The position numbers and the translations under genes are program-made. The notes beneath the pieces are model-generated. The model had not been told where the DNA came from and made no database searches. It saw only the letters and a program-made list of their open reading frames with translations. A stretch of 64,000 nt of DNA from a virus, in IMG/VR virus record IMGVR_UViG_3300027770_000050, positions 22,316 through 86,315 of that record; one strand, given 5' to 3'. Positions 1 through 9,631 of the stretch are shown here, one piece after another (the first letter of the stretch is position 1; each line of letters starts with the position of its first letter).

Positions 1-415
1 TAGCTTCAGTGTAACGCATAGCAGCTGGTTTATCTTCAGGAGCAGGGGAACCAAAATTCCCCTGTGGAGTGATAAGAGGGTAACGCAATGACCAAGTCTG
101 TGCCATACGAACAAGAGTTGGATAAACTACTGCTTCTCCGTGTGGATGGTAATTTCCAGATACATCACCACAAATCTTTGCACACTTCTTAGTCTTACCA
201 GATGCACGGAGTTTTAGATCATCCATAGCAACTAAGGTTCGTCGTTGTGATGGTTTCATTCCATCACGAGCATCTGGCAGTGCCCGATCTTCCATAACTG
301 CAAAAGCATAATTGGTAAATCGTTCATCAATAAGATCTACAAAGTTCTTTTCAAGAATTGTATCAACTAAGTCTGATGCTTCCGCAACATTCTTAACTCT
401 AAGATTCCTAGCCAT
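1..415 (-). CDS. gyrA: DNA gyrase/type IIA topoisomerase subunit A, N-terminal part (truncated by the window edge; not in ORF track)
   Basis: Manual translation from ATG at 415 (overlaps the gyrB stop, TAATG): [10 protein letters not shown]...[25 protein letters not shown]...[37 protein letters not shown]...AAMRYTEA, with the RALPD.RDG.KP, HPHG and catalytic AAMRYTE motifs. The CTD that separates GyrA from ParC is outside the window. Confidence 0.93.
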   Translation of the reverse strand, partial: MARNLRVKNVAEASDLVDTILEKNFVDLIDERFTNYAFAVMEDRALPDARDGMKPSQRRTLVAMDDLKLRASGKTKKCAKICGDVSGNYHPHGEAVVYPTLVRMAQTWSLRYPLITPQGNFGSPAPEDKPAAMRYTEA

Positions 416-2541
416 TAGTTTTCAATTTCCTTACTACGTTCAAAAGACTTCTTAATAATGTGAGCCTTACGTGGACCAACTTCACTACCCATTAATACTG
501 TTAGCATATTAGAAGCTTCTTCAGCATCATCGACACCAATTTTTATTATTTGACGTGTGCCAATTTCCATAGTTGTGTGTCCAAGTTCTTCAGCATCCAT
601 TTCTCCCAAACCCTTGAATCGTGTCACATCAATTTTATCACCATACTTAGCACGATAGGAATTTAGTTCTTCTTCAGTGTGAATATAATTGTGAACATTC
701 TTCACAGTGACACGATACAGAGGTGGTTTTGCAAGGTAAAGATGTCCCTTCAAAACAAGTGGACGCATAAATCGATAGAAGAATGTCATAAGAAGAGCAG
801 CAATATGAGCGCCATCATCATCAGCGTCAGTCATAATAATAACCTTGCCATAACGCAAATCTTCAATCTTAAAATCATCACGAATTCCAGTTCCAATTGC
901 TGAGATAAGAGCAGAAACTTCTTCATTTGCAAGAAGCTTAGCAAGTTCATTCTTTTCTGGATTGATGATTTTTCCACGAATAGGAAGAATTGCTTGAGTG
1001 ATTGGATTTCGACCACCCTTGGAAGACCCAGCAGCTGAATCACCTTCAACCAAGAATAATTCAGAAATGGCTACATCTTCAGTATCACAGTCAGACAACT
1101 TGCCAGGAAGAGATCCTGACTTACCTAAAAATCCTTGACGCTTAATAGACTCAGAAGCTTTCTTTGCTGCAGCTCTTGCACGAGCTGCTCGTAAAGCACG
1201 TTCAGAAATCATTTTAAGAATTGATGGATTTTTTTCAAAATATTCAGTAAGAGCTTCAGAGAAAAGTCTGTTTACCACACCTTCAACTTCAGGTGAACCA
1301 AGTTTGCCCTTAGTTTGTCCTTCAAATTGTGGCTGTGGTAGACGAACAGAGATGATAGCTACAATACCTTCACGAATATCTTCACCTGTCAAATTAGGCT
1401 CTTTTTCCTTGATAATATTTAAGGAACGAGAGAATTGATTTATAACCCTTGTGATAGATGTTTTAAATCCACTAAGATGAGTTCCACCGTCAGCAGTATT
1501 AATGTTATTCGCAAATGCATAAATTGTTTCATCATCATCTTCTGAATATTGAAACGAAACTTGAACATTTACTTTGCCCGATTTATTTTCAAAGTAAAAT
1601 GGTTTTGAAGGATATGGATTTGAACGAGTAGATGCAAGATAGCTTACGTAATCAGCAATCCCACCTTCGTAATAAAAATCTTCTTTAGTTCCAGTATGCT
1701 CATTTTTGTAAACAATTTTGAGTCCACCGTTAAGATAAGCAGTTTCTTTTAAACGTCGTACAATAACAGTTTCATCAAATTGGATATTGCTATTTGAATG
1801 TTTATTCCAATTTTTATAAATGACATCCAAAGTTTGCTCATTTATATTTGTTGACTTGAAAATATCAAAGAAAATAGCACCGTTAATTTCTCCATTGATT
1901 AATGCTTTACGCCACTTACCGGAACATTCTGCAAAAACTTCATCAATTTCAAAATCATCAACAAGAACTTCTTGGAAAGCATCTTCAACAGAAAATTGGC
2001 CAAAAATATTATAGTCAGGAGTGAAAGATATTTTTGTTCCAGTTGCGTTAGATGTCCCTATTTCTTTGACAGAATTTACAGGGATACCACGCTCAAATGA
2101 CAATTGGTATTTTTTCTTGTCACGATAAACTTCAACATCAAGATTTACTGAAAGAAAGTTTACACAAGAAGCACCAACACCGTGCAAACCACCAGATGCT
2201 TCGTATCCAGATCCATCATCACCAAACTTACCACCAGCGTGAAGTTCAGTAAGTACGATTTCAAGTGTAGATCGCTTCTTTGGATCTTCTTGTTTGACTG
2301 CAACAGGGATACCACGTCCATTGTCTATTACGGTGAGCGTACGATTGTCTTTTGAAATAATGACATCAATTTTTGAACAGTGACCAGCCATGTGTTCATC
2401 TACAGAGTTGTCCAAAATTTCCCAAACAAGGTGATGAAGTCCCTTTTTACCAGTATCACCAATATACATAGCAGGACGTGTACGAACTGCCTCTTGACTT
2501 TCCAAAATCTGGATTGAGTCTTCGTTGTATTGATTTGCCAT
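415..2541 (-). CDS. gyrB: DNA gyrase/type IIA topoisomerase subunit B
   Basis: GHKL motifs ([40 protein letters not shown]), [14 protein letters not shown] motifs [26 protein letters not shown]. Confidence 0.96.
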   Translation of the reverse strand: MANQYNEDSIQILESQEAVRTRPAMYIGDTGKKGLHHLVWEILDNSVDEHMAGHCSKIDVIISKDNRTLTVIDNGRGIPVAVKQEDPKKRSTLEIVLTELHAGGKFGDDGSGYEASGGLHGVGASCVNFLSVNLDVEVYRDKKKYQLSFERGIPVNSVKEIGTSNATGTKISFTPDYNIFGQFSVEDAFQEVLVDDFEIDEVFAECSGKWRKALINGEINGAIFFDIFKSTNINEQTLDVIYKNWNKHSNSNIQFDETVIVRRLKETAYLNGGLKIVYKNEHTGTKEDFYYEGGIADYVSYLASTRSNPYPSKPFYFENKSGKVNVQVSFQYSEDDDETIYAFANNINTADGGTHLSGFKTSITRVINQFSRSLNIIKEKEPNLTGEDIREGIVAIISVRLPQPQFEGQTKGKLGSPEVEGVVNRLFSEALTEYFEKNPSILKMISERALRAARARAAAKKASESIKRQGFLGKSGSLPGKLSDCDTEDVAISELFLVEGDSAAGSSKGGRNPITQAILPIRGKIINPEKNELAKLLANEEVSALISAIGTGIRDDFKIEDLRYGKVIIMTDADDDGAHIAALLMTFFYRFMRPLVLKGHLYLAKPPLYRVTVKNVHNYIHTEEELNSYRAKYGDKIDVTRFKGLGEMDAEELGHTTMEIGTRQIIKIGVDDAEEASNMLTVLMGSEVGPRKAHIIKKSFERSKEIEN

Positions 2542-2574
2542 TTGCTTTCCTTCGCTTCAGTTCAAGTACAGGCA

Positions 2575-2609
2575 TAAAAAAATGCTGTGATGTTTTATAT
2601 CACAGCATT
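2575..2609 (-). terminator. Palindrome / probable intrinsic terminator of the upstream minus-strand genes, overlapping the gyrB -10 and start site
   Basis: AATGCTGTGAT-N7-ATCACAGCATT (11-bp perfect arms, 2581-2609) followed on the minus strand by a T run. Confidence 0.6.
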
Positions 2610-2635
2610 ATACCCAAAACAAGGGTTTTTGTCAA
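2607..2635 (-). promoter_or_regulatory. Consensus sigma70/sigmaA promoter for gyrBA
   Basis: Minus strand TTGACA (2635-2630), 17 nt spacer, TATAAT (2612-2607), ~65 nt upstream of the gyrB ATG. Confidence 0.85.
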
Positions 2636-2640
2636 CTTTT

Positions 2641-3252
2641 CTACAGGATGCGATCAGCTACACTATAAAGACCATAAAAATCCAAATTACGTGCTAATTT
2701 TACCATGTTCTTGAGTTTTAGTGAAGCCATTGGCATTCCACCAGGAGCTCCTCCAGCTTGTTCTTTAGATTTATTTTTAGCAAAACCAAATGACAGAAAC
2801 TTAACCGCGTTAGCCATATCATCAAGTTCAATTTCTAAATCAATCAAACTTTGTCCAAATGGCAGTCTTTCCCATCTACTTTTATCTGTGGCATTAATTT
2901 CTTCATCGGTAATTTCATTGCCTTCTTTCCTTTTACCGGAATGACCGTCTTTAACTCCACCTTCATCATCCCCGCCATACATTTTCCAAATTTTATTTGC
3001 AATTTCTCTTTCGTTAAATTGCAATTCTTCCATGAGCATTTTTTCAATTTCAGCATCAGCAAGTATAAGTCCCAAATTGGACAATGGTTCTTTGATTGCT
3101 TTTTGATTTGAGCTTGGAGTTGCTCCTGGAGGTGGTGGCATCCCTGACATACCTGGAAGTCCTGGTAAAGGAGGTAATGAAGGCATAGGTGCTCCCAATC
3201 CTGGTGGGGGTAAAATACCAGGAGGAGCAGCTATTTTTAAAAATTTGGACAT
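2641..3252 (-). CDS. Hypothetical protein, Pro/Gly-rich N-terminus, C-terminal KLARNLDFYGLYSVAD helix motif
   Basis: 203-aa ORF, start overlaps the stop of the upstream gene (TAATG). Confidence 0.8.
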   Translation of the reverse strand: MSKFLKIAAPPGILPPPGLGAPMPSLPPLPGLPGMSGMPPPPGATPSSNQKAIKEPLSNLGLILADAEIEKMLMEELQFNEREIANKIWKMYGGDDEGGVKDGHSGKRKEGNEITDEEINATDKSRWERLPFGQSLIDLEIELDDMANAVKFLSFGFAKNKSKEQAGGAPGGMPMASLKLKNMVKLARNLDFYGLYSVADRIL

Positions 3253-3731
3253 TATCTTGAATGACCGCTTAGAGAATCAGTTTTATGAGTGCCTCTTCCT
3301 GGAGTTTTAAAGACATCTGGAGATTGCTCAGCATTTTCAAAAGTTACTTCTGAAAAACTTTCTTCGTCTTCGTCAAATTCAAGCGCTTCTTTCAATCCTT
3401 CCGGATTGAGTATATCCATGTTGCCAAAACTTGATTTAGCAGATGACGCAACTCTCTTAATTAATTGCATAGGAGATAATCCTCTGCCATCAACATATCC
3501 ATATGAAAAGTCATCTTCCCAAGTTTCTAGAACACTCATTGATTGTAACAAAGCATCAGTCAAGTATGCTTCAACTTGCCTTGAACTTGTTTTTGTTAAT
3601 TTTCTGGAGTTATATTTTTTATTTATAATTGCTGAAGCAGTTGCTATGATTTTAGCTGTCTCATCGTAGTTGTGTGCTTCGGGAGCAATTTCTTCCAATA
3701 GTGTATGAAGTTGAGCTTCTAGATTATGCAT
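3252..3731 (-). CDS. Hypothetical protein
   Basis: 159-aa ORF, GAGAG upstream, preceded by the AGG-N18-GAA motif. Confidence 0.8.
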   Translation of the reverse strand: MHNLEAQLHTLLEEIAPEAHNYDETAKIIATASAIINKKYNSRKLTKTSSRQVEAYLTDALLQSMSVLETWEDDFSYGYVDGRGLSPMQLIKRVASSAKSSFGNMDILNPEGLKEALEFDEDEESFSEVTFENAEQSPDVFKTPGRGTHKTDSLSGHSR

Positions 3732-3759
3732 ATTTTATCTCTCTTGATAAATTGTTATT

Positions 3760-3792
3760 ATATTTTTTCAAATACGAAATGCTTTTACCTTT
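3760..3792 (-). promoter_or_regulatory. Putative phage late promoter (AAAGG-N18-GAAAAAATAT)
   Basis: Intergenic; matches the motif recurring before other structural/hypothetical genes. Confidence 0.5.
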
Positions 3793-3793
3793 A

Positions 3794-6700
3794 CTAATCT
3801 TTTACTGTTTTGTATTCAGATTTGAATCTAAGGTTACGCACTTGACCATTTGTTGTAATATTATTTGCAGAAAGAATCGCAACAGATGGTGTTTTTACAG
3901 CTATACCAAATATTTTACTTCGTGATGTTTGTTCAATACCTAGTTTTGCATTACCAATATTTATGGCATTGGAATAACCAGCTTTAAGAGTTTGCCAGGT
4001 TTCAGGAGAGCTATCGTAAGCTTCCGTTGTAGTATTAACCCAATCTATATTAGTTGTGTCTAATGTATATTCAGTCAATACTGTATTTGACAAAAATGCT
4101 GGTAAAGGTAATTTTATTCTAAAATTATCTTCTGAATAAGTATTGCCACTACTTACTCTTACTGTGATTTGCGGTTTTACTTCAACGCTAGTATCTAAAT
4201 CTGTAGATCTTGACCAAACATTTGATGATCCAATGCTTGCTACATAATAGATACCATTTTGCGTCTTGTTGCTTTGATCTTTAAGTAAAACACGATCAAA
4301 TTTTTCTAAAGTTACACCGTCTAATGTTGCTGGAGGATTTGTCAAAATTATGTTAGCGGTTGATGCAGCAACTACGTCACTTAAAAATGAATTGTTATTG
4401 ACCTTTGCAAAATAAATAGGAGTAACACCTATTCCTGGGGATGAAATTGTTTCATCGTAAATCAATCCGTAATAACCAGATGAAGTATTTCCACCTAATA
4501 CATTAACTTTTTTAGTAAGTGAAATTTGATTATCTAAAATTAAATCACTATGTCTTGTAAGATAAAACAAAGCACTTTCATCAACAAAATAAATGCCATT
4601 TTGTTTATTGTTTGTTTGGTCCTTAAGTAATACTCTGTCACCTATTTGAACATTAGATATGTTTACAGCTAATCCTAATGCTTGATTTTGTGTAGAAGCA
4701 AAAGAACACAAAGTATAGTTTGTCAGGTAATTTTGTTGGAAAAATTCAACATTATGTGTTCCAACAGTTGCAGTAGAAGGATTGAAATATGTTTCGTAAA
4801 ATTTATTTGTGTTTGCATCTTTGACGAACAAACTTGCTATGGAAAATTGTGTTGTACTACTACCCGTACCAACTCTTATAAGGTTAGGTTGAGATACTTG
4901 CTTTACTCTTGCTACATATCTTTCAGCTTCAGAAGTTTGTCCTAAGAATAAGACTTTGTCTCCATCAGTCACTCCTATTCCGTTAATTATGTCAGGTATT
5001 GAAGTAAATCCAGAATAATTTGCAGTAGAAACTCCAACAACATCTATTGTGAATTCAGAACCTAATTGTTTCCAGAATAGTGGAGTATTGAGAGCTGAGG
5101 AACCTAAATTATAAGCGCTACTATCTTCAGGAATATTTAATTCAAAAATTCTATTGTCATATGAAACTCTTCCAAGTTCATAAAGTTCATTAGTAGCATT
5201 TAAGTCAGGTGCTCTTTCTATTGTCCAGGTATAGTTTTGAACTGCTGTATATATGCCATTTTTAGTTGTATCTGTTTGGTTTTTAAGTAGTATTTTGTCA
5301 CCAAATTGTACTGTGTAACTATCAATAATTGCTGTGCTAGCAATTCCAGATCCTTCGGGTATATATGTAAATGGAGTCAAGACACCTTGGTAAGAAATAT
5401 TATTTGGGTCTGGAATATTTCCTGTTGAACCAACGGATGTATTATAAATTGTTCTTGTTGAAATATCAATCCACGACCTAGAAGAAGTAGATTTGAATGA
5501 GCTTGTTGGATCAAAATACAAGCAGAAAGTTCCGTATCCTGCTGAGTTTTGAACACTTGCGTAAACTGCACTGAAATTATTTCCAGCAAATACAGATGTA
5601 CCAGCTAATCCTACTGTAGCATATTCTGAACGTACAAATTTATATATTTTTTGATCTTTTTTACCTGTTTTATCATGAACAACTAAAGAGTTTTTGTCAC
5701 TATAATATGAAGATTGATATCCACTATCAATAATTTTATCTGCATACGAAGTTGTTGGCTTGTTTGTTAGGACTAAAACATTACTATCAGTTGAAAAAGC
5801 TATTCCACTATACCAAGTATTATCTAGTGTAGCAGCAGTTCCAGAGTTTGTAATTTTTTGTAAATATAAAGAACCAGTGTATATTCCTAAAGTATTTCTT
5901 GTAACTGGATCTGCAGCTACATCTGTAAATTTAGATGTATTACCAGAACCTGATTTAACATAGTATCCATCTGAAGACAGTCTCTGAGTAAAGAAATATT
6001 CTGTATTTGATGATGATTCAAAAATATTATGAATATGAGAACTATAGTTTTTATTTGCAGAATAAGATTTTATCCACGAACTTCTGTCCCTATTGTATTT
6101 CTTTTCTGTTGTAGTAGATGTTCCAGCACTGTTAACAATTTGGAAATATGCTCCGTCTTCAACCAAGTTTGCTGAAAGTTTTGCAGTAGTAGTAAGTAGA
6201 TTGCTTCTGTAAGTTAGTGCTTGTGGTAAGTAATAATATCTATTAAATAATTGTTTCGGATCTTCATTGTATTTTGGAACTGAAGTATCTGTGTATAGAT
6301 ACATGTAAAGTGTTCCAGTCCATCCAGTTCCAGAAATTGACAATAAGCCATTTTTAGCATCAATAGTAAAGTTAGTATTTAAAGTTCTGGAGACGATTGT
6401 TCCCCCAGTTGACACTACATAAACATCTGCTAAAGCATCTGGATATTGTTTTTTATCCCATGTAAATCTTGTTGTTGGAGTTTCTGGTCTAGCTAAATAT
6501 ATAGTAGATCCAGTTGCAGAATATCCCACTAATCTTTTTGTAAAATCAAGGTATCCGTTGACTGAATTATATTTTACTTTTCTGAGATAATAATTGAAAT
6601 TATTATCAATATGAACTATTTGATAAACACCACTAGTTGATTTTCTAACTGTATTATTATATAAATCTTCATTAGCAGAGTAATAGAAAACTCTATCACC

Positions 6701-9613
6701 AAGAGCATAATAATAGTTATTTAAATCACCAGAAACTGTACTGAAAAGTTGAGTTCCATTTCTTTTAACAATTACAATATCGTTACTTACAGTATCAAGA
6801 GTTGTATTTGCTTCAAGAGTGTGTTGGATTGGAGCAATTTTAGGAAACTTACTTAAGTTTAAGAAATCAGAAGAAAGTCTTATTTCACTATCTAATGTAT
6901 ATGTTTCGGAACCTGCATTAAGTACAGTTTCAAGATCTTCAGAGATATATGAAGTTCCAGTCAAACCTGCTCTTACTCCAACTTCTGCTTGCATATAAGT
7001 TCTGTCATAGCTGAAAGTTGAACCAGCTGCGACATATCCATAATTGATATTGACTAAAGTTGGTCTTTCGTAAGGAGAAGCTAAAGTTTTATAATCTGAA
7101 TTTGATGCGAATTTTGTGTTGAAATAAAAATCTTCATGCTGAGCGAAGTAAACACTTCCAATGTTCGTGTATACAGGTCTATATATACCATTCTTGACAT
7201 GTGTGGATGCAGCACCTGACCCAATAAATACTAAAATACTTTCATTTGATTGTAATGTACTTGTGCCACTGCCAGTTTTAGATCTTACAAGACTTGATAC
7301 AGCTGTTCCAGCTGTTGTTGGAAATCCTGAATCTGTAGCTGAATAATAGATTGCTCTTACATTATATTTTTGAAAATCTTGTTCTTTCCAATCAATATCA
7401 ATTTCTTGAATGAATGATGAAGATTTGCCATCTATGCCAAAGAAATTTTCATAGTTTGCTGTTGATGAGAATGAAATTTCTGGAACAAAAATTTCACCAT
7501 AGTGAGTAGCTGCAATTGAACTTGCTTGATAAACACCTGATAATTGTTTCTTTAAATTAGGAGAAACATAGTAAGTTCCATCTGTATTAGTTGTAAGAAC
7601 ATTTGTTAAAATATCTTTTGACCAGTTGACTAATCCATCTGCAAAATCAAATACTCTTTTTGATGAGCTTCCAATAGATGATACTGCGTATATTCCATTG
7701 TTGAGTTGATTTGAGGAGTTGACTAGAACTGTCATTCCTATACTGACAGGAACATCAAAATCTCCAGGCATAATATAACTACCCGTAGAATTTCCCGTAG
7801 ACGCTTTGCAGATTACAGTAGGAGCAGATGTGATATTTACAAATGTTACTCCTATAGATCCAGCAGAAGTGTTTGACCCTAATGCATACAAGAAATATGA
7901 AGTACCAGCACCAACAGATCCATTAGAGACAGTTATTAATGCTCCTCTTTCAATACTGTAAGTGCTTGAAAATTCAAGACCTTTTATAGTTTCACAAAGA
8001 GCTGAAACACTGTAAATGCCATTTTGTGATGGATATGTTGTTTGTCCGGAAACTAAAATTCTTTGCGAAACTCCAATTCCTGGATCTGCAAAAATTGTTG
8101 AATTAACTTTTGCAAAGTCAGCAATATTTGATGTTATTATATTGGAGACTGGTTCATATGTGTAAGGATAAAATCTTTCCTGAACTGCAATGCCATCATA
8201 GTTGATAGAAAAACTGTTAGAATAAGTAGTGTTTTTACCAAGATAAAAAATATTTCCACCAATAGAGTTGGTATAGTTAGCAACTTTTATTACAGTTTGA
8301 GAAATCTCATTTGATTGATCATAAGAAGTAGATCTAGTCCACAGGTTTGATGATCCTACGGACGTGACACTGTAAATACCGCTTGCAGCATTATTGTAAT
8401 GTTTTACTAAAAGTGTATTACCAACTGTAAGAGCTGCAGTACTGCCGCTTCCAGTAGACACTATGGAAGTTGTTTGAGCAAGCACTCCCAAGCTATTTCT
8501 AAATACTGATGTTGAACCAGAGGATACTTCGTAATAATAATCTACATTTGCACGAGAGTAATTGTAAGTAGCATTTGACCATTTCAACACAGAAGTTGAA
8601 GCAGTTCCCCCCGTAAGTCCTGAACCTGAATAAAATCTAAAGTATGCTCCGCTATATGCAACTCCTGCTGTCAACACTTGTATATTGACATAATTATTTG
8701 CGTTGATATAACTTACAGCATTATCCCAAAAATCATCTGCAGCAACAGTGCTGCTATATGGATTGTATATAGTTGAACCATTAGCTTTATATAAGCTATT
8801 TACGCTATAAATTCCATTTTGTATTTTATTAGTTTGATCTTTAACTAAAATTCTGTCATTTAGTGCAAGAGTACGATTATCTATAGTGGCTGTTAAGCTT
8901 GATAATCCAGTTGCTGAAGATCCTAAATTTGTAGTTGTAGCAGCTTGTACGTCTGTAAGCTGATATATATTGTTTCTGCTAACAAATAGTACTGATGTAG
9001 TTCCGTAAGCTGCTGATTGAAATGGACTTAGATATTGGCTGTAGGTAACCCATGATGAGCTTCCTACAGCTACAATCCTACCTGCTGTAAGAATATCTTC
9101 AGCATTATTAACCGTAATAGTTCCATATCCTGCAGACGAAAGAACTTTATACAATCCATTTTCTTTAGCATCTGTCTGATTTTTTACTAGAACAATTTTA
9201 TTATTGTTCATTTGCAAACCATCAACATATTTGGCTGTAGTTAATCTTGTAACTCCAGCCAATGATGCGCTCGATAAATTTGTAGTTGTTGCTACGTCTG
9301 CGTTAGGAAGATCTGTTACTGTAAATGAGTCAAAAATAGTAAATCTTATGTCAAAACCTAAGTCTTGCAAAAGTTTTACTCCGCTTGTATTTTTAATTTG
9401 TGGATAATTCTGATCAGTGTAAATATCAGCAAATTCGTTTTCTATCCAAATTTTGACATCTTCTACACTAGAGTTTATCCACTTTAGTCTAAATAATTTT
9501 TTGTTCCAAGTTCCAGAAACATTTGTACCAAACCCAACACTAGACACTTCTCTATATGTTTCTAAACTTGGAGTTGAGGAATTTATTTCAGACCAAATAA
9601 AAGCGTGTGACAT
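3794..9613 (-). CDS. Large virion structural protein (fibre/decoration-like) with repeated [IV]L[VL]K[DN]QT...QNGIY modules
   Basis: 1939 aa, Ser/Thr/Gly-rich; at least 8 recognisable copies of an ATTTNL...IDG...DRILVKDQT...NGIY...W.RS.D module typical of phage fibre/decoration proteins. Confidence 0.75.
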   Translation of the reverse strand: MSHAFIWSEINSSTPSLETYREVSSVGFGTNVSGTWNKKLFRLKWINSSVEDVKIWIENEFADIYTDQNYPQIKNTSGVKLLQDLGFDIRFTIFDSFTVTDLPNADVATTTNLSSASLAGVTRLTTAKYVDGLQMNNNKIVLVKNQTDAKENGLYKVLSSAGYGTITVNNAEDILTAGRIVAVGSSSWVTYSQYLSPFQSAAYGTTSVLFVSRNNIYQLTDVQAATTTNLGSSATGLSSLTATIDNRTLALNDRILVKDQTNKIQNGIYSVNSLYKANGSTIYNPYSSTVAADDFWDNAVSYINANNYVNIQVLTAGVAYSGAYFRFYSGSGLTGGTASTSVLKWSNATYNYSRANVDYYYEVSSGSTSVFRNSLGVLAQTTSIVSTGSGSTAALTVGNTLLVKHYNNAASGIYSVTSVGSSNLWTRSTSYDQSNEISQTVIKVANYTNSIGGNIFYLGKNTTYSNSFSINYDGIAVQERFYPYTYEPVSNIITSNIADFAKVNSTIFADPGIGVSQRILVSGQTTYPSQNGIYSVSALCETIKGLEFSSTYSIERGALITVSNGSVGAGTSYFLYALGSNTSAGSIGVTFVNITSAPTVICKASTGNSTGSYIMPGDFDVPVSIGMTVLVNSSNQLNNGIYAVSSIGSSSKRVFDFADGLVNWSKDILTNVLTTNTDGTYYVSPNLKKQLSGVYQASSIAATHYGEIFVPEISFSSTANYENFFGIDGKSSSFIQEIDIDWKEQDFQKYNVRAIYYSATDSGFPTTAGTAVSSLVRSKTGSGTSTLQSNESILVFIGSGAASTHVKNGIYRPVYTNIGSVYFAQHEDFYFNTKFASNSDYKTLASPYERPTLVNINYGYVAAGSTFSYDRTYMQAEVGVRAGLTGTSYISEDLETVLNAGSETYTLDSEIRLSSDFLNLSKFPKIAPIQHTLEANTTLDTVSNDIVIVKRNGTQLFSTVSGDLNNYYYALGDRVFYYSANEDLYNNTVRKSTSGVYQIVHIDNNFNYYLRKVKYNSVNGYLDFTKRLVGYSATGSTIYLARPETPTTRFTWDKKQYPDALADVYVVSTGGTIVSRTLNTNFTIDAKNGLLSISGTGWTGTLYMYLYTDTSVPKYNEDPKQLFNRYYYLPQALTYRSNLLTTTAKLSANLVEDGAYFQIVNSAGTSTTTEKKYNRDRSSWIKSYSANKNYSSHIHNIFESSSNTEYFFTQRLSSDGYYVKSGSGNTSKFTDVAADPVTRNTLGIYTGSLYLQKITNSGTAATLDNTWYSGIAFSTDSNVLVLTNKPTTSYADKIIDSGYQSSYYSDKNSLVVHDKTGKKDQKIYKFVRSEYATVGLAGTSVFAGNNFSAVYASVQNSAGYGTFCLYFDPTSSFKSTSSRSWIDISTRTIYNTSVGSTGNIPDPNNISYQGVLTPFTYIPEGSGIASTAIIDSYTVQFGDKILLKNQTDTTKNGIYTAVQNYTWTIERAPDLNATNELYELGRVSYDNRIFELNIPEDSSAYNLGSSALNTPLFWKQLGSEFTIDVVGVSTANYSGFTSIPDIINGIGVTDGDKVLFLGQTSEAERYVARVKQVSQPNLIRVGTGSSTTQFSIASLFVKDANTNKFYETYFNPSTATVGTHNVEFFQQNYLTNYTLCSFASTQNQALGLAVNISNVQIGDRVLLKDQTNNKQNGIYFVDESALFYLTRHSDLILDNQISLTKKVNVLGGNTSSGYYGLIYDETISSPGIGVTPIYFAKVNNNSFLSDVVAASTANIILTNPPATLDGVTLEKFDRVLLKDQSNKTQNGIYYVASIGSSNVWSRSTDLDTSVEVKPQITVRVSSGNTYSEDNFRIKLPLPAFLSNTVLTEYTLDTTNIDWVNTTTEAYDSSPETWQTLKAGYSNAINIGNAKLGIEQTSRSKIFGIAVKTPSVAILSANNITTNGQVRNLRFKSEYKTVKD

Positions 9614-9631
9614 TATTTATCAACCATTTAA

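Noticed and set aside
1785-2000. Intein in GyrB
   Set aside because: Too short and lacks the N-terminal C/S and C-terminal HN-[CST] splice motifs
2586-2604. CRP-like site TGTGA...TCACA at the gyrB promoter
   Set aside because: Spacer is 9 nt, not the 6 nt CRP requires
679-3925. Short overlapping ORFs within gyrB and adjacent genes
   Set aside because: Fully overlap well-supported genes on the other strand or frame and show no recognisable motifs
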